This document shows positions 1-11,479 of a stretch of 64,000 nucleotides of DNA, piece by piece. Under the pieces are notes generated by a model. It was not told the DNA's origin. It saw only the letters and a list, made by a program, of their open reading frames with translations, and searched no databases. The DNA lies in assembly GCA_030390025.1 (NCBI GenBank), contig CM059432.1, positions 143,098,001-143,162,000 on the forward strand, written 5' to 3'. The translations under genes were made by a program, and so were the position numbers. The DNA comes from Squalus acanthias. Its lineage: Eukaryota. How positions within the stretch are numbered: position 1 is the first letter of the stretch; every line of letters starts with the position of its first letter.

Positions 1-466
1 ACTCAACGGTCTTTGTGTTCAAAGTCTTTTCACTTTCACCCGTCTCAGCTCATCCTAGCAGCAGGCTGTCCCTGATAGTTCAAATTCTAACCTACACCTC
101 CTACACTGCAAATACATACTATTTACAGCACGGAAACAGGCCTTTCGGCCCATCTGCTCTATGCTCCACATATCCCTCTTCATCTCACCCGCTCAGCATA
201 TCCTTCTATTCCTTTCTCCCTCATGTGATCATCCAGCTTCCCCTTAAATGCATCAATGCTATTCGCCTCAAGCACTCTATGTGGTAGTGAGTTCTACACT
301 CTCACCACTCTCTGGGTGAAGAAGTTTCTCCTGAATTCCCTATTGGATTTATTAGTGACTGTCTTATATTTATGGTCATGATGCAGAGATGCCGGTGTTG
401 GACTGGGGTGGACAAAATTGAGAGGTCGCACAACACCAGGTTATAGTCCAACAGTTTTATTTGAAA

Positions 467-508
467 TCACAAGCTTTCGGCGCTATCGATTGCTCCTTCC
501 TCAGGTGA
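467..508 (-). ncRNA. Inverted copy of the family A hammerhead (one stem II mismatch)
   Basis: Reverse complement of 1752-1793 with a substitution at 481. Confidence 0.65.
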
Positions 509-539
509 AGTAAATTAGATACAGAATCGCCAAATCACG

Positions 540-1421
540 ATGCTCCACTTCTCCAGCTTCCACCCTAACCATGTTAAAGAAGCCATCCCCTATGGACAAG
601 CCCTGCGAATACACAGGATCTGCTCAGACGAGGAGGAACGCGATGGACACCTACGGACGCTGAAAAACGCCCTCGTAAGAACGGGATATGACGCTCGACT
701 CATCGATCGACAGTTCCGACGGGCCACAGCGAAAAATCGCATAGACCTCCTCAGAAGGCAAACACGGGACACAACCAACAGGGTACCCTACGTCGTCCAG
801 TACTTCCCCGGAGCGGAGAAACTACGCCATGTTCTTCGCAGCCTTCAACATGTCATCGATGACGACAAACACCTCGCTAAGGCCATCCCCACGCCTCCAC
901 TACTTGCCTTCAAACAGCCGCCTAACCTCAGAAGTACCATCGTTCGCAGCAAATTACCCAGCTTTCAGGATAACAGCGACCACGACACCACACAACCCTG
1001 CCATGGCAAACTCTGCAAGACATGCCAGATCATCAACACAGATACCACCATCACACGTGAGGACACTACCCACCAGGTACATGGTACATACTCATGTGAC
1101 TCGGCCAACGTTGTCTACCTCATACATTGCAGGAAAGAATGCACCGCGGCATGGTACATCGGCGAGACCATGCAGACACTGAGACAACGTATGAACGAGC
1201 ACCGCGCAACAATCGCCAGGCAGGATTGTTACCTCCCAGTCGGGGAACACTTCAGCAGTCAAGGACATTCAGCCTCGGATCTGCGGGTAAGCGTTCTCCA
1301 AGGCAACCTTAGAAACACACGACAACGCAAAATCATCGAGCAGAAACTGATAGCCAAGTTCCGCACTCATGAAGACGGTCTCAACCGGGATCTTGGGTTT
1401 ATGTCACGATACATGACGTGA
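540..1421 (+). CDS. PLE ORF C-terminal part: RT thumb, Cys-rich linker and GIY-YIG endonuclease (5'-truncated, open frame)
   Basis: 'HFSSFHP..K.AIPYGQALRIHRICSD' (PLE thumb), 'PCHGKLCKTC' linker, 'NVVYLIHC...WYIGET...LRQRMNEHR' (GIY-YIG) and terminal 'GLNRDLG'. Confidence 0.88.
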   Translation: MLHFSSFHPNHVKEAIPYGQALRIHRICSDEEERDGHLRTLKNALVRTGYDARLIDRQFRRATAKNRIDLLRRQTRDTTNRVPYVVQYFPGAEKLRHVLRSLQHVIDDDKHLAKAIPTPPLLAFKQPPNLRSTIVRSKLPSFQDNSDHDTTQPCHGKLCKTCQIINTDTTITREDTTHQVHGTYSCDSANVVYLIHCRKECTAAWYIGETMQTLRQRMNEHRATIARQDCYLPVGEHFSSQGHSASDLRVSVLQGNLRNTRQRKIIEQKLIAKFRTHEDGLNRDLGFMSRYMT

Positions 1422-1751
1422 TCCGGACTCGAGTCGTCGTTGGCTTGTTCACAGATGTGATTCCCAGTAAAAAAGTAAAAATTTTCCCAGTAAAAAAGTA
1501 AAAATTTTAAAGCTTTTCGTTTTACATACAGACGGCAGCTTTTGACACGTTAGAACCCCTGCGACTACACCTCATTGTCTCAGTTGTATCTTGCTATGTC
1601 TTTGATGTGGTACCTTCCTGGCTGACTTGATTAACTTTATCACACCTCGGCAGATAGTCAGGATGATTTAATTTAGTGGTCTGCAATTGTAAGGTACACA
1701 TGCTTTGTTCTCTATCTATATATGCTTTGGCGATTCTGTATCTAATTTACT

Positions 1752-1793
1752 TCACCTGAGGAAGGAGCAATCGATAGCTCCGAAAGCTTGTGA
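1752..1793 (+). ncRNA. Minimal hammerhead ribozyme in PLE pLTR (family A)
   Basis: TCAC-CTGAGGA-A-GGAGC(AATCGATA)GCTCC-GAAA-GC-TT-GTGA. This gives the CUGANGA and GAAA core, a 5-bp stem II, stem I TCAC/GTGA and palindromic AAGCTT in place of stem III. Confidence 0.75.
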
Positions 1794-2339
1794 TTTCAAA
1801 TAAAACTGTTGGACTATAACCTGGTGTTGTGCGACCTCTCAATTTTATATTTATGGCCCATAGTTTTGAACTTCCTCACAATTGGAAACATCTTTTCTAC
1901 ATCTACCCTATTGAACGCCTTCATAATTTTAAAGACCTCTATAAGGTCACCCCCTCAGCCTTCTCTTTTCTGGAGAATAGAACTCCAGCCTGTTCAGTCT
2001 TTCTTGATACTTGCAGCCTGCCAGTTCTAGCATCACCCTTGTAATTCTTTTTTGTACCTTCTCCACTGCCTCTATATCCTTTATGTAATATGGAGACCAA
2101 AACTGTACGCGGTACTCCAAGTGCGGTTGTAATTGTGAAACCAGGACATTCAGGGGCTGCAGGTAATGCTAACGAGGCTGCATGGAGACTCGATAATTTG
2201 CTTTTGGAAATTTGGGCGCTTTGTTTGTGGGTCAGAGATCAGGTGGGAATGGCTCCTGATTGGCTGCCCAGTCAGGTGGGTTTCCCCTAATTTACACTCC
2301 AGAAACACCAAAGGAAAACAGTGCGGTATTTCAGGACAT

Positions 2340-2600
2340 AGAAACCAGGGGGGGGGAGGGGAGGTGAGGAGAATTTTTTTTACGCAGCGAGTTTTTTGAT
2401 CTGGAACGCACTGCCTGAAAAGGGCGGAAGCAGATTCAATAGTAACTTTCGAAAGGGAATTGGATAAATACTTGAAGAAGAAAAATTTACAGGGCTATGG
2501 GGAAAGAGCAGGGGGAGCGGGACTAATTGGATCTTTCAAAGAGCCGCACAGGCACGATGGGCCGAATGGCCTCCTTCTGTACTGTATCATTCTATTTCTT
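2340..2600 (+). mobile_element. CR1 LINE 3' end fragment
   Basis: 'ttttttacgcagcgag...tggaacgcactgcctgaaa...ggcacgatgggccgaatggcctccttctgtactgtatcattctat'. Confidence 0.8.
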
Positions 2601-3689
2601 TAGAACGAGAAAGATAGAATCCGGTTATCCTGACTGCTATAAAAATCTGTGTGTAAATCTTACCGAGAAGGCTAACATTCTGCAAATTGTGAAGGTTTAT
2701 GGTGATATACATTTAATTTTACTGTGCACTTGAGTTCAATAAGTGAACGTGGGACTGTATCGTGGAGTTACAGCGCAGTGATATATTAGTACTTTAATTA
2801 TTGGATGAGGTGGAGGTCACTTCTGGGCCATTTCCATTCTCTTCGATGACGAGCTGTGACAATGATTTGGCAGATGAACGAGCTCATTGTAACATATATG
2901 TAATAGTGTAAAAGATTTTTCTTCTTACAGAGAAGAAAGCAACATTAAAAATTAATAAATATGAAGCTGTTTGCAAACCCTTAAAGAAGCAACAAATCCG
3001 ATCCAAACAGAAGTACATCACTATCGAGGATTAGCGACCCTGAATGAACTTCACTGTTCCTTCCAACGCACACCAGGCATGTGCCTTAATATCGAGGAGC
3101 ACATCTCCCTTTAAACAATCCAGGTACAGAGCCTGTTATTCTCCAGCCGGCCCAACAAAGTTATTATTTAGTCATTAATGAGGTCGTGATTCACACTTCT
3201 GGTTTTATTCTCCTCTCTGCTCGCATGTAACAGTAGCTCTCCCCCTCGCAGAGTGGGGGAGGGGAGGTAAGCCAGATCTCTCTCTGGTGGCTCTGACGTG
3301 GCACCCCTGGCAATAGAAGGTTAGAACCAGGGCACTTGTCTCTGGCAGACTCGGGAATCTGAGCCCAGCAGCTCCATTGGATTCCTCGGCACTGTTGACT
3401 TATGACCAGTCAGTCTGGCAGACTAATGGAGCCTGGAGAGCTCTATCCCTTGATTGTTTAAAAGGAGACACGCTCCTTGATATTAAGGCTTCCGCATGCC
3501 TAGTTTGTGTTGGAAGGAACAGTGAATTTCATTCAATGTCTCTGATCCCCAATAGTGATGCACTTCTGTTTGGATAGGATTTGATGCTTTAAGCATTTAC
3601 ATACATGTTTATTCATTTTAAATGTTGCTTTCTTCTCTGTAAAAAGAAAAATCTCTTAAACTATTACATTTATGTTACAATAAGCTCAT

Positions 3690-5440
3690 TCAATTAAATG
3701 CATATTTTGGTTCTGTCTTCACAAAGGAGGACACAAATAACCTCCCAGAGATGTTGGAGAACATAGGGTCTGATGAAAGGGAGGAACTGAAAGAAATCAG
3801 TATTTGCAGGGAAATGGTGTTAGGGAAATTGACGGGATTGAAGGCCGATAAATCCCCAGGGCCTGATAATCTACATCCCAGGGTACTTAAGGAAGTGGCC
3901 CTAGAAATAGTAGATGCATTGCTGATCATCTTCCAACATTCGATGGAATCTGGAACTGTACCCATGGATTGGAGGGTAGCTAATGTTACATGTTACCCCA
4001 CTATTCAAAAAGGGTGGTAGAGAGAAAGCGGGGAATTACAGACCGGTAAGCCTGACATCGGTAGTGGGGAAAATGCTAGAGTCCATTATAAAGGATGTAA
4101 TAGCTGAGCACTTGAAAAACAGTGACAGGATCGGACAAAGTCAACATGGATTTACAAAAGGTAAATCGTGCTTGACTAATCTACTGGAATTTTTTGAGCA
4201 TGTAACTGGGAAAATAGATAAGGGAGAACCAGTAGATGTGGTGTATTTGGACTTTCAAAAGGCTTTCGATAAGGTCCCGCACAAGAGATTAGCGTGTAAA
4301 GTTAAGGCACATGGGATTGGGGGCAAGGTATTGACTTGGATAGAGAACTGGTTGGCGGACAGAAAGCAGAGAGTAGGAATTAATGGGTCTTTTTCGAGTG
4401 GCAGGCAGTGACTAGTGGGGTACCGCAGGGATCGGTCCTTGGACCCCAGCTATTCACAATATACATTAATGATCTAGATAAGGGAACTAAATGTAATATC
4501 TCCAAGTTTGCAGATGACACAAAGCTGGGTGGGCGTGTGTGCTGCGAGGAGGATACCGAGAAACTCCAGGATGATTTGGACAGGTTGGGTGAGTGGGCAG
4601 AAGCATGGCAGATGCAATATAACGTGGATAAATGCGAGGTTATCCACTTTGGTGTCAAAAACAGAAAGGCAGACTATTATCAGAATGGCAATAGATTGGG
4701 AGAAGGGGAAGTGCAACGAGACCTGGGTGTCCTTGTGCACCAGTCGCTGAAGGTAAGCATGCAGGTGCAGCAGGCAGTGAAGAAGGCAAATGGTATGTTG
4801 GCCTTCATAGCGAAAGGGTTTGAGTATAGGAAAGGGATGTCCTGCTGCAGTTTTACAGGGCCTTGGTGAGACCACACCTTGAGTACTGTGTGCAGTTTTG
4901 GTCGCCTTATCTAAGGAAGGATGTTCTTGCCATGGAAGGAGTTCAGCGAAGATTCACAAGGCTGATATCTGGGATGGCAAGAATGACATATGAGGAGAGA
5001 TTGGGTCGATTGGGCTTATACTTGCTGGAGTATAGAAGAATGAGAGGGGATCTCATTGAAACATATAAAATTCTGACAGGTCTGGACAAACTAGATGCAG
5101 AAGAATGTTCCCGATGGTCGGAGAGTCCAGAACCAGGGGTCATAATCTAAGGATAAGGGGTAAGCCATTTAGGACAGAAATGAGGAAGAATTTCTTCACC
5201 CGGAGAGTGGTGAACCTGTGGAATTCTCTACCACAGAAGGTAGTTGAGGCCAAGTCATTAAATATATTCAAGAATGAGTTAGATATATTTCTTAAAGCTA
5301 AAGGTATCAAGGGATATGGGGAGAAGGCAGGTACAGGGTACTGAGTTTGGATGATCAGCCATGATCTCATCGAATGGCGGAGCAGGCTCGAGGGGCCGAA
5401 TGGCCTACTCCTGCTCCTATCTTCTATGTTTCTATGTTTC
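3690..5440 (+). mobile_element. CR1 (HER1-like) LINE, 5'-truncated, frameshifted RT ORF2 pseudogene with 3' UTR and TTCTATGT tail
   Basis: Consecutive ORF pieces carry KSPGPD, NYRPVSLTS, YLDFQKAFDKVPH, GVPQGSVLGP, FADDTKL and [13 protein letters not shown], followed by the 3' UTR and tandem tail. Confidence 0.93.
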
Positions 5441-5476
5441 ATTTGCCATATCATTGTCACAACTAGTCATTGGGCT

Positions 5477-7512
5477 CACTGATGGAGCCTGGAGGAGCAG
5501 GTCTGTGCCTTGGCGGCACTGATGGAGCCTGGAGGAGCAGGTCTGTGCCTTGGGGGCACTGATGGAGCCTGGAGGAGCAGGTCTGTGCCTTGGGGCCACT
5601 GATGGAGCCTGGAGGAGCAGGTCTGTGCCTTGGGGGCACTGATGGAGCCTGGAGGAGCAGGTCTGTCCCTTGGGGGCACTGATAGAGCCTGGAGGAGCAG
5701 GTCTGTGCCTTGGGGGCACTGATGGAGCCTGGAGGAGCAGGTCTGTGCCTTGGGCTCACTGATGGAGCCTGGAGGAGCAGGTCTGTGCCTTGGGGGCACT
5801 GATGGAGCCTGGAGGAGCAGGTCTGTGCCTTGGGGGCACTGATGGAGCCTGGAGGAGCAGGTCTGTGCCTTGGGGGCACTGATGGAGCCTGGAGGAGCAG
5901 GTCTGTGCCTTGGGACCACTGATGGAGCCTGGAGGAGCAGGTCTGTGCCTTGGGGGCACTGATGGAGCCTGGAGGAGCAGGTCTGTGCCTTGGGGGCACT
6001 GATGGAGCCTGGAGGAGCAGGTCTGTGCCTTGGGGGCACTGATGGAGCCTGGAGGAGCAGGTCTGTACCTTGGGGCCACTGATGGAGCCTGGAGGAGCAG
6101 GTCTGTGCCTTGGGGGCACTGATGGAGCCTGGAGGAGCAGATCTGTCCCTTGGGGCCACTGATGGAGCCTGGAGGAGCAGGTCTGTGCCTTGGGGGCACT
6201 GATGGAGCCTGGAGGAGCAGGTCTGTGCCTTGGGGCCACTGATGGAGCCTGGAGGAGCAGGTCTGTGCCTTGGGGCCACTGATGGAGCCTGGAGGAGCAG
6301 GTCTGTGCCTTGGGGCCACTGATGGAGCCTGGAGGAGCAGGTCTGTGCCTTGGGGGCACTGATGGAGCCTGGAGGAGCAGGTCTGTGCCTTGGGGGCACT
6401 GATGGAGCCTGGAGGAGCAGGTCTGTGCCTTGGGGGCACTGATGGAGCCTGGAGGAGCAGGTCTGTGCCTTGGGGGCACTGATGGAGCCTGGAGGAGCAG
6501 GTCTGTGCCTTTGGGGCACTGATGGAGCCTGGAGGAGCAGGTCTGTCCCTTGGGGGCACTGATGGAGCCTGGAGGAGCAGGTCTGTCCCTTGGGGGCACT
6601 GATGGAGCCTGGAGGAGCAGGTCTGTGCCTTGGGGACACTGATGGAGCCTGGAGGAGCAGGTCTGTCCCTTGGGGGCACTGATGGAGCCTGGAGGAGCAG
6701 GTCTGTCCCTTGGGGGCACTGATGGAGCCTGGAGGAGCAGGTCTGTGCCTTGGGGGCACTGATGGAGCCTGGAGGAGCAGGTCTGTCCCTTGGGGGCACT
6801 GATGGAGCCTGGAGGAGCAGGTCTGTGCCTTGGGGGCACTGATGGAGCCTGGAGGAGCAGGTCTGTGCCTTGGGGGCACTGATGGAGCCTGGAGGAGCAG
6901 GTCTGTCCCTTGGGGGCACTGATGGAGCCTGGAGGAGCAGGTCTGTGCCTTGGGGGCACTGATGGAGCCTGGAGGAGCAGGTCTGTGCCTTTGGGGCACT
7001 GATGGAGCCTGGAGGAGCAGGTCTGTCCCTTGGGGGCACTGATGGAGCCTGGAGGAGCAGGTCTGTCCCTTGGGGGCACTGATGGAGCCTGGAGGAGCAG
7101 GTCTGTGCCTTGGGGACACTGATGGAGCCTGGAGGAGCAGGTCTGTCCCTTGGGGGCACTGATGGAGCCTGGAGGAGCAGGTCTGTCCCTTGGGGGCACT
7201 GATGGAGCCTGGAGGAGCAGGTCTGTGCCTTGGGGGCACTGATGGAGCCTGGAGGAGCAGGTCTGTCCCTTGGGGGCACTGATGGAGCCTGGAGGAGCAG
7301 GTCTGTGCCTTGGGGGCACTGATGGAGCCTGGAGGAGCAGGTCTGTGCCTTGGGGGCACTGATGGAGCCTGGAGGAGCAGGTCTGTCCCTTGGGGGCACT
7401 GATGGAGCCTGGAGGAGCAGGTCTGTCCCTTGGGGGCACTGATGGAGCCTGGAGGAGCAGGTCTGTGCCTTGGGGGCACTGATGGAGCCTGGAGGAGCAG
7501 GTCTGTGCCTTG
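5477..7512. repeat. 40-bp minisatellite, about 51 units (CACTGATGGAGCCTGGAGGAGCAGGTCTGTGCCTTGGGGG)
   Basis: Directly visible tandem array. Variants are confined mostly to the GTG/GTC and G-run positions. Confidence 0.98.
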
Positions 7513-7684
7513 GTTGTAGGTGCCCTGCCATTATCAGACAAAGCGACTATCCAGACTGTTTGAGAAAAAAAATGGAGGTTTGTTAAAAACCTCCCAGAGA
7601 TCATTCCAAATGGGTGACAAAGTGTGACACCAGATGAGCGGCTAAAAGAAATCTGATTTTATAAAGTCCCTCTGCTACATCTAT

Positions 7685-8095
7685 CAGCTGTGGTTCAGTG
7701 GGTAGCACTCTCACCTCTGAGTCAGAAGGTTGTGGATTCAAGTCCCACTCCAGAGACTTGAGCACAGAATCCAGGCTGACACTCCAGTGTAGCACTGAGG
7801 GAGTGCTGCACTGTTGGAGGCGCCTTCTTTAAGATGAGATGTTAAACCAAAGCCCAGGCTATCTGCTCAGGTGGATGTAAATGATCCCATGGTATTATTT
7901 CGAAGAAGAACAGGGGAGTTCTCCCCTCAACCAATATCACTGAAACAGATTATCTACTCATTTATCTCAAAGCCATTTGTGGAAAATCGGCTGTTGTGAT
8001 TGTGTGACTATACTTCAGAAGTAATTCACTGGCTATGAGGTGCTTTGGGATGTCCTGAGGACATGGAAGGCGCTGTATAAATGTAAAATCTTTCT
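7685..8095 (+). mobile_element. tRNA-derived DeuSINE (SacSINE1-like)
   Basis: tRNA-like head with A/B boxes (tggttcagtggg; gttcaagtcc-like), central body 'gagggagtgctgcactg...gatgtaaatgatcccatg' and L2-like tail 'aaggcgctgtataaatg'. Confidence 0.85.
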
Positions 8096-8879
8096 TTTAC
8101 CACGCCACATACCATTGCATGGGTGCGAAGGTGCATGGCAGATCTACCCTCAGGCCTCTTCCGATACTACTTTTCAACCAGACCCCAGGAGGTGAGTGTT
8201 AGTGACTTGTCTGCCGGGGTTTTACTCCTTCCCTGTTCCAGTTCCTTCCTCTTGATGCTCTGGTTGAGCTGAGGAACAGATAAGATGATTATGTGGGAGA
8301 AGGCAAGTGTAAACTTCACCTTATTAGTCCATAGCTCATTCCTTTCATGTACAACATTTCACAGCAAATAAGCTCTTCATTGCTGATATCAACCATGTAA
8401 TTTGTACTAGAGTCAGACTCACCTGGTACTCTGCACAGCTCGGGAGAACTCAATTCGCAGATTAAACATGCCATCGTTGATCATAACCATCAATCATTTC
8501 CCAGTTAATTGTAGCTTAAAAACCTCCTTAAAGAAACAGTCTGTTCCCTGCAACAATATTGACAAAGACAAGTGTCTGCCTTGTCTAGAAGCCTACAGGT
8601 AGTGAATTTGGAAAAGAGGTTGACTGCTTGAGAGAGAGAATTTCTCGTTGAAAGGTACACACATGACACGCAAGGGAGAATAAAAGAAAGATGTACAGAC
8701 CACGCATAAATTGCACCATCATATGCTCAATCTGACGTTTATTAATCGTTTGAAGGAATGTCCTATAAAGCTGCTGTCTGACCTCCAAAGGCTAACTCAA
8801 GTGTCCGAGCTTTCCGCCACATTATACAACGCCGAGTGCCTTCAGAGTGCCGGGCCCCTCAACAAGAATCAAAGGAGGA

Positions 8880-9180
8880 AACTTCGGAATGAGCTAAACA
8901 AAATATGTGAGAGGGACGACCCGCTGAAATTTAATGCAGGCAAGCGTAGGGCGCTGCACATGGGAAGCAGAAACAGGCAACACACGCACTTCATGAAGCG
9001 TGTGGAAGTAGCTATGGGTGAAGTTTGGAAGATATCTAGGGGTCTTAGTAGATGTGACGCTAAACATGTGCAACCAGCAATCAACAAAGCCCATACAATG
9101 GCCACAGAGAATACAAGTTAGAGAAAGCTGTGACCTAACTGTACAGTGCTCTGGTCAGATCATCCCTCAAATACTGGGGG
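8880..9180 (+). mobile_element. Old CR1 RT C-terminal remnant
   Basis: Translation 'LKFNAGKRRALHMGSRN...' resembles CR1 'M.FN..KC.V.H.G..N'. Confidence 0.5.
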
Positions 9181-9739
9181 GATATTAACTCCCTCCCAAC
9201 CACCCCCCCCCCCCCCGCCCTCCCCCCAACTGCCTCCCCTTCACCTGGTGGAAACCAATAGGGGGGATCAGTTGAAACGGAGTGGGGTCCTTGCCCACTC
9301 CTTTCGTGCCCCGATCTGACTGACTGAAATACTAAATCGCAGGCGGCAAGGACACCTTCTCAGAGCCAATGTGAGGTCCTCTTTAAGTATGTAGATCGGG
9401 CTCCGATAACGTCATTAGGACCCAATCTGCCATTTTAACCCAAGGCGTGAACGGGGGGAGCGGTGATGGATTCCTTCCAATCAGAGGGGCCATGAGACTG
9501 ATCCCTAGAGTCAGAGAGGCTGAGTTATGGGGAAGACCGGAGAATTTGGGGCTAGTGTTTTATATAGGTTTAGCATAACTTCCTGGCTTTTGTACTCTCT
9601 ATTTATAAAGCCCAGGATCCCACGTGTCATCTGCAAATTTCAAAATTGTGCCCCGTACCCGCAAGTCCAAGTCATTAATGTATAGCAAAAACAGCAGTGA
9701 TCCTAGTACTGAATCTATATAGAGGGATAAAAGAGTGTG

Positions 9740-10352
9740 GAAAAGGATATTCTGGAATATTACTTGAAATTAAACTGTGGGAGTTGGACAAGGAGACACG
9801 GGGTTCGTGCCAGTAAAAGGTAATTTTAGGACTGGTATCAGGAGTTTCCTCTTCACACAGAGAGTGATCTCCCGGTGGAGGCAAAATCTCTGGAATCATT
9901 TGAGAAACAATTAGATGTAATGCAGAGACTAGAGAAACTGGGATTGTTCTCCTCAGAGCAGGGGAGGTTAAAGGGAGATTTGATAGAGGTGTTCAAAATC
10001 ATGAAGGGTTTTGATCGAGTAAATAAGGAGAAACTATTTCCACTGGCAGGAGGGTCAGTAACCAGAGGACACAGATTTATGGTAATTGGCAAAAGAACCA
10101 GAGGGGAGAGGAGGAGAATTTTTTTTGCGCAGCGAGTTGTTGTGATCTGGAACGCGCTGCCTGAAAGGGCGGTGGAAGCAGATTCAATCGTAACTTTCAA
10201 AGTGGAATTGGATAAATACTTGAAGGGGAGAAATTTGCAGGCTACAGGAAAGGGCAGGAGGGTGGGACTAGTTGGATCGCTCTTTCAAAGAGCGGGCACG
10301 GGCACGATGGGCCGAATGGCCTCCTTCTGTACTGTATGATTCTATGAATCTA
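9740..10352 (+). mobile_element. CR1 3' fragments (two abutting copies)
   Basis: 'RLEKLGLFSSEQGRLKGDLIEVFKIMKGFDRV...WNALPE' plus a TTCTATGA tail. Confidence 0.85.
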
Positions 10353-10459
10353 TGCAGCAATGGGGGGGGGGGGGAGGGGAGGGTGAGTGTAGGGCTGTTC
10401 TTGATGGTTCTTAGAACATGGGGTGCTTTAATACAAGTGGCCCTTGAGGCAGAGACTTT

Positions 10460-11200
10460 GACCCGGATTTTGGGGTAAGAATAACGGTGAAGTGATCAGC
10501 GCTCACTGTTATTATGGAGTAAATTGGACAGCAAATTCCGGTGTCCGCACATGTGCAGTAAAATGTGGAAATCAGGAAGCTTCTGTCCGATTTGCCCTGC
10601 TCTTCCAGAAGCTTCGCTACAACGGTATCTCACCGAGATTCTCGGCATTCGAACACATGAAGAGCGTGAAGTTGCGGTATTTACCCACTAAACTCACCAG
10701 AAAAAGTTAGGGCTGGTCCATTCAGGTGTAAGTGAATTTTTAACGGCGTGATAAGTCTTAATAACTGCCAAACAACCTCTCTGGCACTGAAAATGTGCTT
10801 TAACATGTGTGGAGTCTCATTCCTTCAGATTTTAATTATTGTTGGATATTTTTTAAAAATCAAAAATTTAAATAATTTTTTAAAACTTTTTCTTTCTGTC
10901 TCTGTTCTCTCTCTCTTTCTTTCCCTCTCTTTATTTTGCTTTCTGTACCTGATTTGGCATTGAATTAAATATTCTAACTGACACTTCCTGGTTCAGATTC
11001 TGTGCTGCTCATAAACAAATCTTCAATCTGATTGGTTAAGGAGACACAGGTCCCAGATGCCCTGTAGAGGGCGCTGTACTGTTTTGGATTCCTAATCACA
11101 GCAAGTTCCAGTGCAAAAGCCCATAGAAAGTCTGTGGGCAAGTGTAAGTGTAATCAATGGCGACCGCCGTTCGTTCACCACAGACCGCATATTCTGGGCC
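10460..11200. mobile_element. Non-autonomous DNA transposon, probably Harbinger-type
   Basis: Ends 'gacccggattttggggt' and 'accgcatattctgggcc' are imperfect inverted repeats resembling the other GGCC/GGGC-ended elements. There is no coding capacity. Confidence 0.45.
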
Positions 11201-11479
11201 AATAACATCATTCAGAAGGAAATTGTCGAATATAGATTGCACACTCTCTCCCTGAAGGGACATATCCCACTTACCCAAGTTCAGAGAGTTTGGATGCAGT
11301 TGGGTAGAGTTTAGGATCCCTGATGCTTAGAAGGTGCAGAAAGCAGCACTTGCTCTCTAAACTTTAAATTAAATCCAGGTAGGTTTAAAAATGTCTACAC
11401 GCTCCAAGAAATACTTAAACAGTCCTTAAATCTGGATTGAGACTGTACTGGAGTTATAGTCAATGTGGGGTCCAAAGCT

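Larger units (their letters stand above)
376..1844 (+). mobile_element. Penelope-like retroelement (Neptune-type), 5'-truncated, with an inverted pLTR copy at the left end and a 12-bp TSD
   Basis: TTATATTTATGG is duplicated at 364-375 and 1845-1856. About 415-534 is the reverse complement of about 1726-1845. The element contains a GIY-YIG ORF and a hammerhead motif. Confidence 0.9.
110..2128 (-). mobile_element. Decayed CR1 LINE 3' fragment, split by a PLE insertion (pieces ~110-375 and ~1845-2128)
   Basis: Reverse-strand CR1 3' motifs ('ctcaccactctctgggtgaagaagtttctcctg', 'ttttaaagacctctataaggtcacccc', 'gaccaaaactgtacgcggtactccaagtgcgg') become continuous once 376-1844 is removed. Confidence 0.75.

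Noticed and set aside
5477..7512. CRISPR-like array
   Set aside because: Units are head-to-tail with no unique spacers, there are no cas genes, and the context is eukaryotic.
5463..7604. Three 591-713 aa minus-strand ORFs as a repetitive protein gene
   Set aside because: All three frames give the same 40-aa periodic peptide because the 40-bp unit lacks stops on that strand. There is no independent gene evidence.
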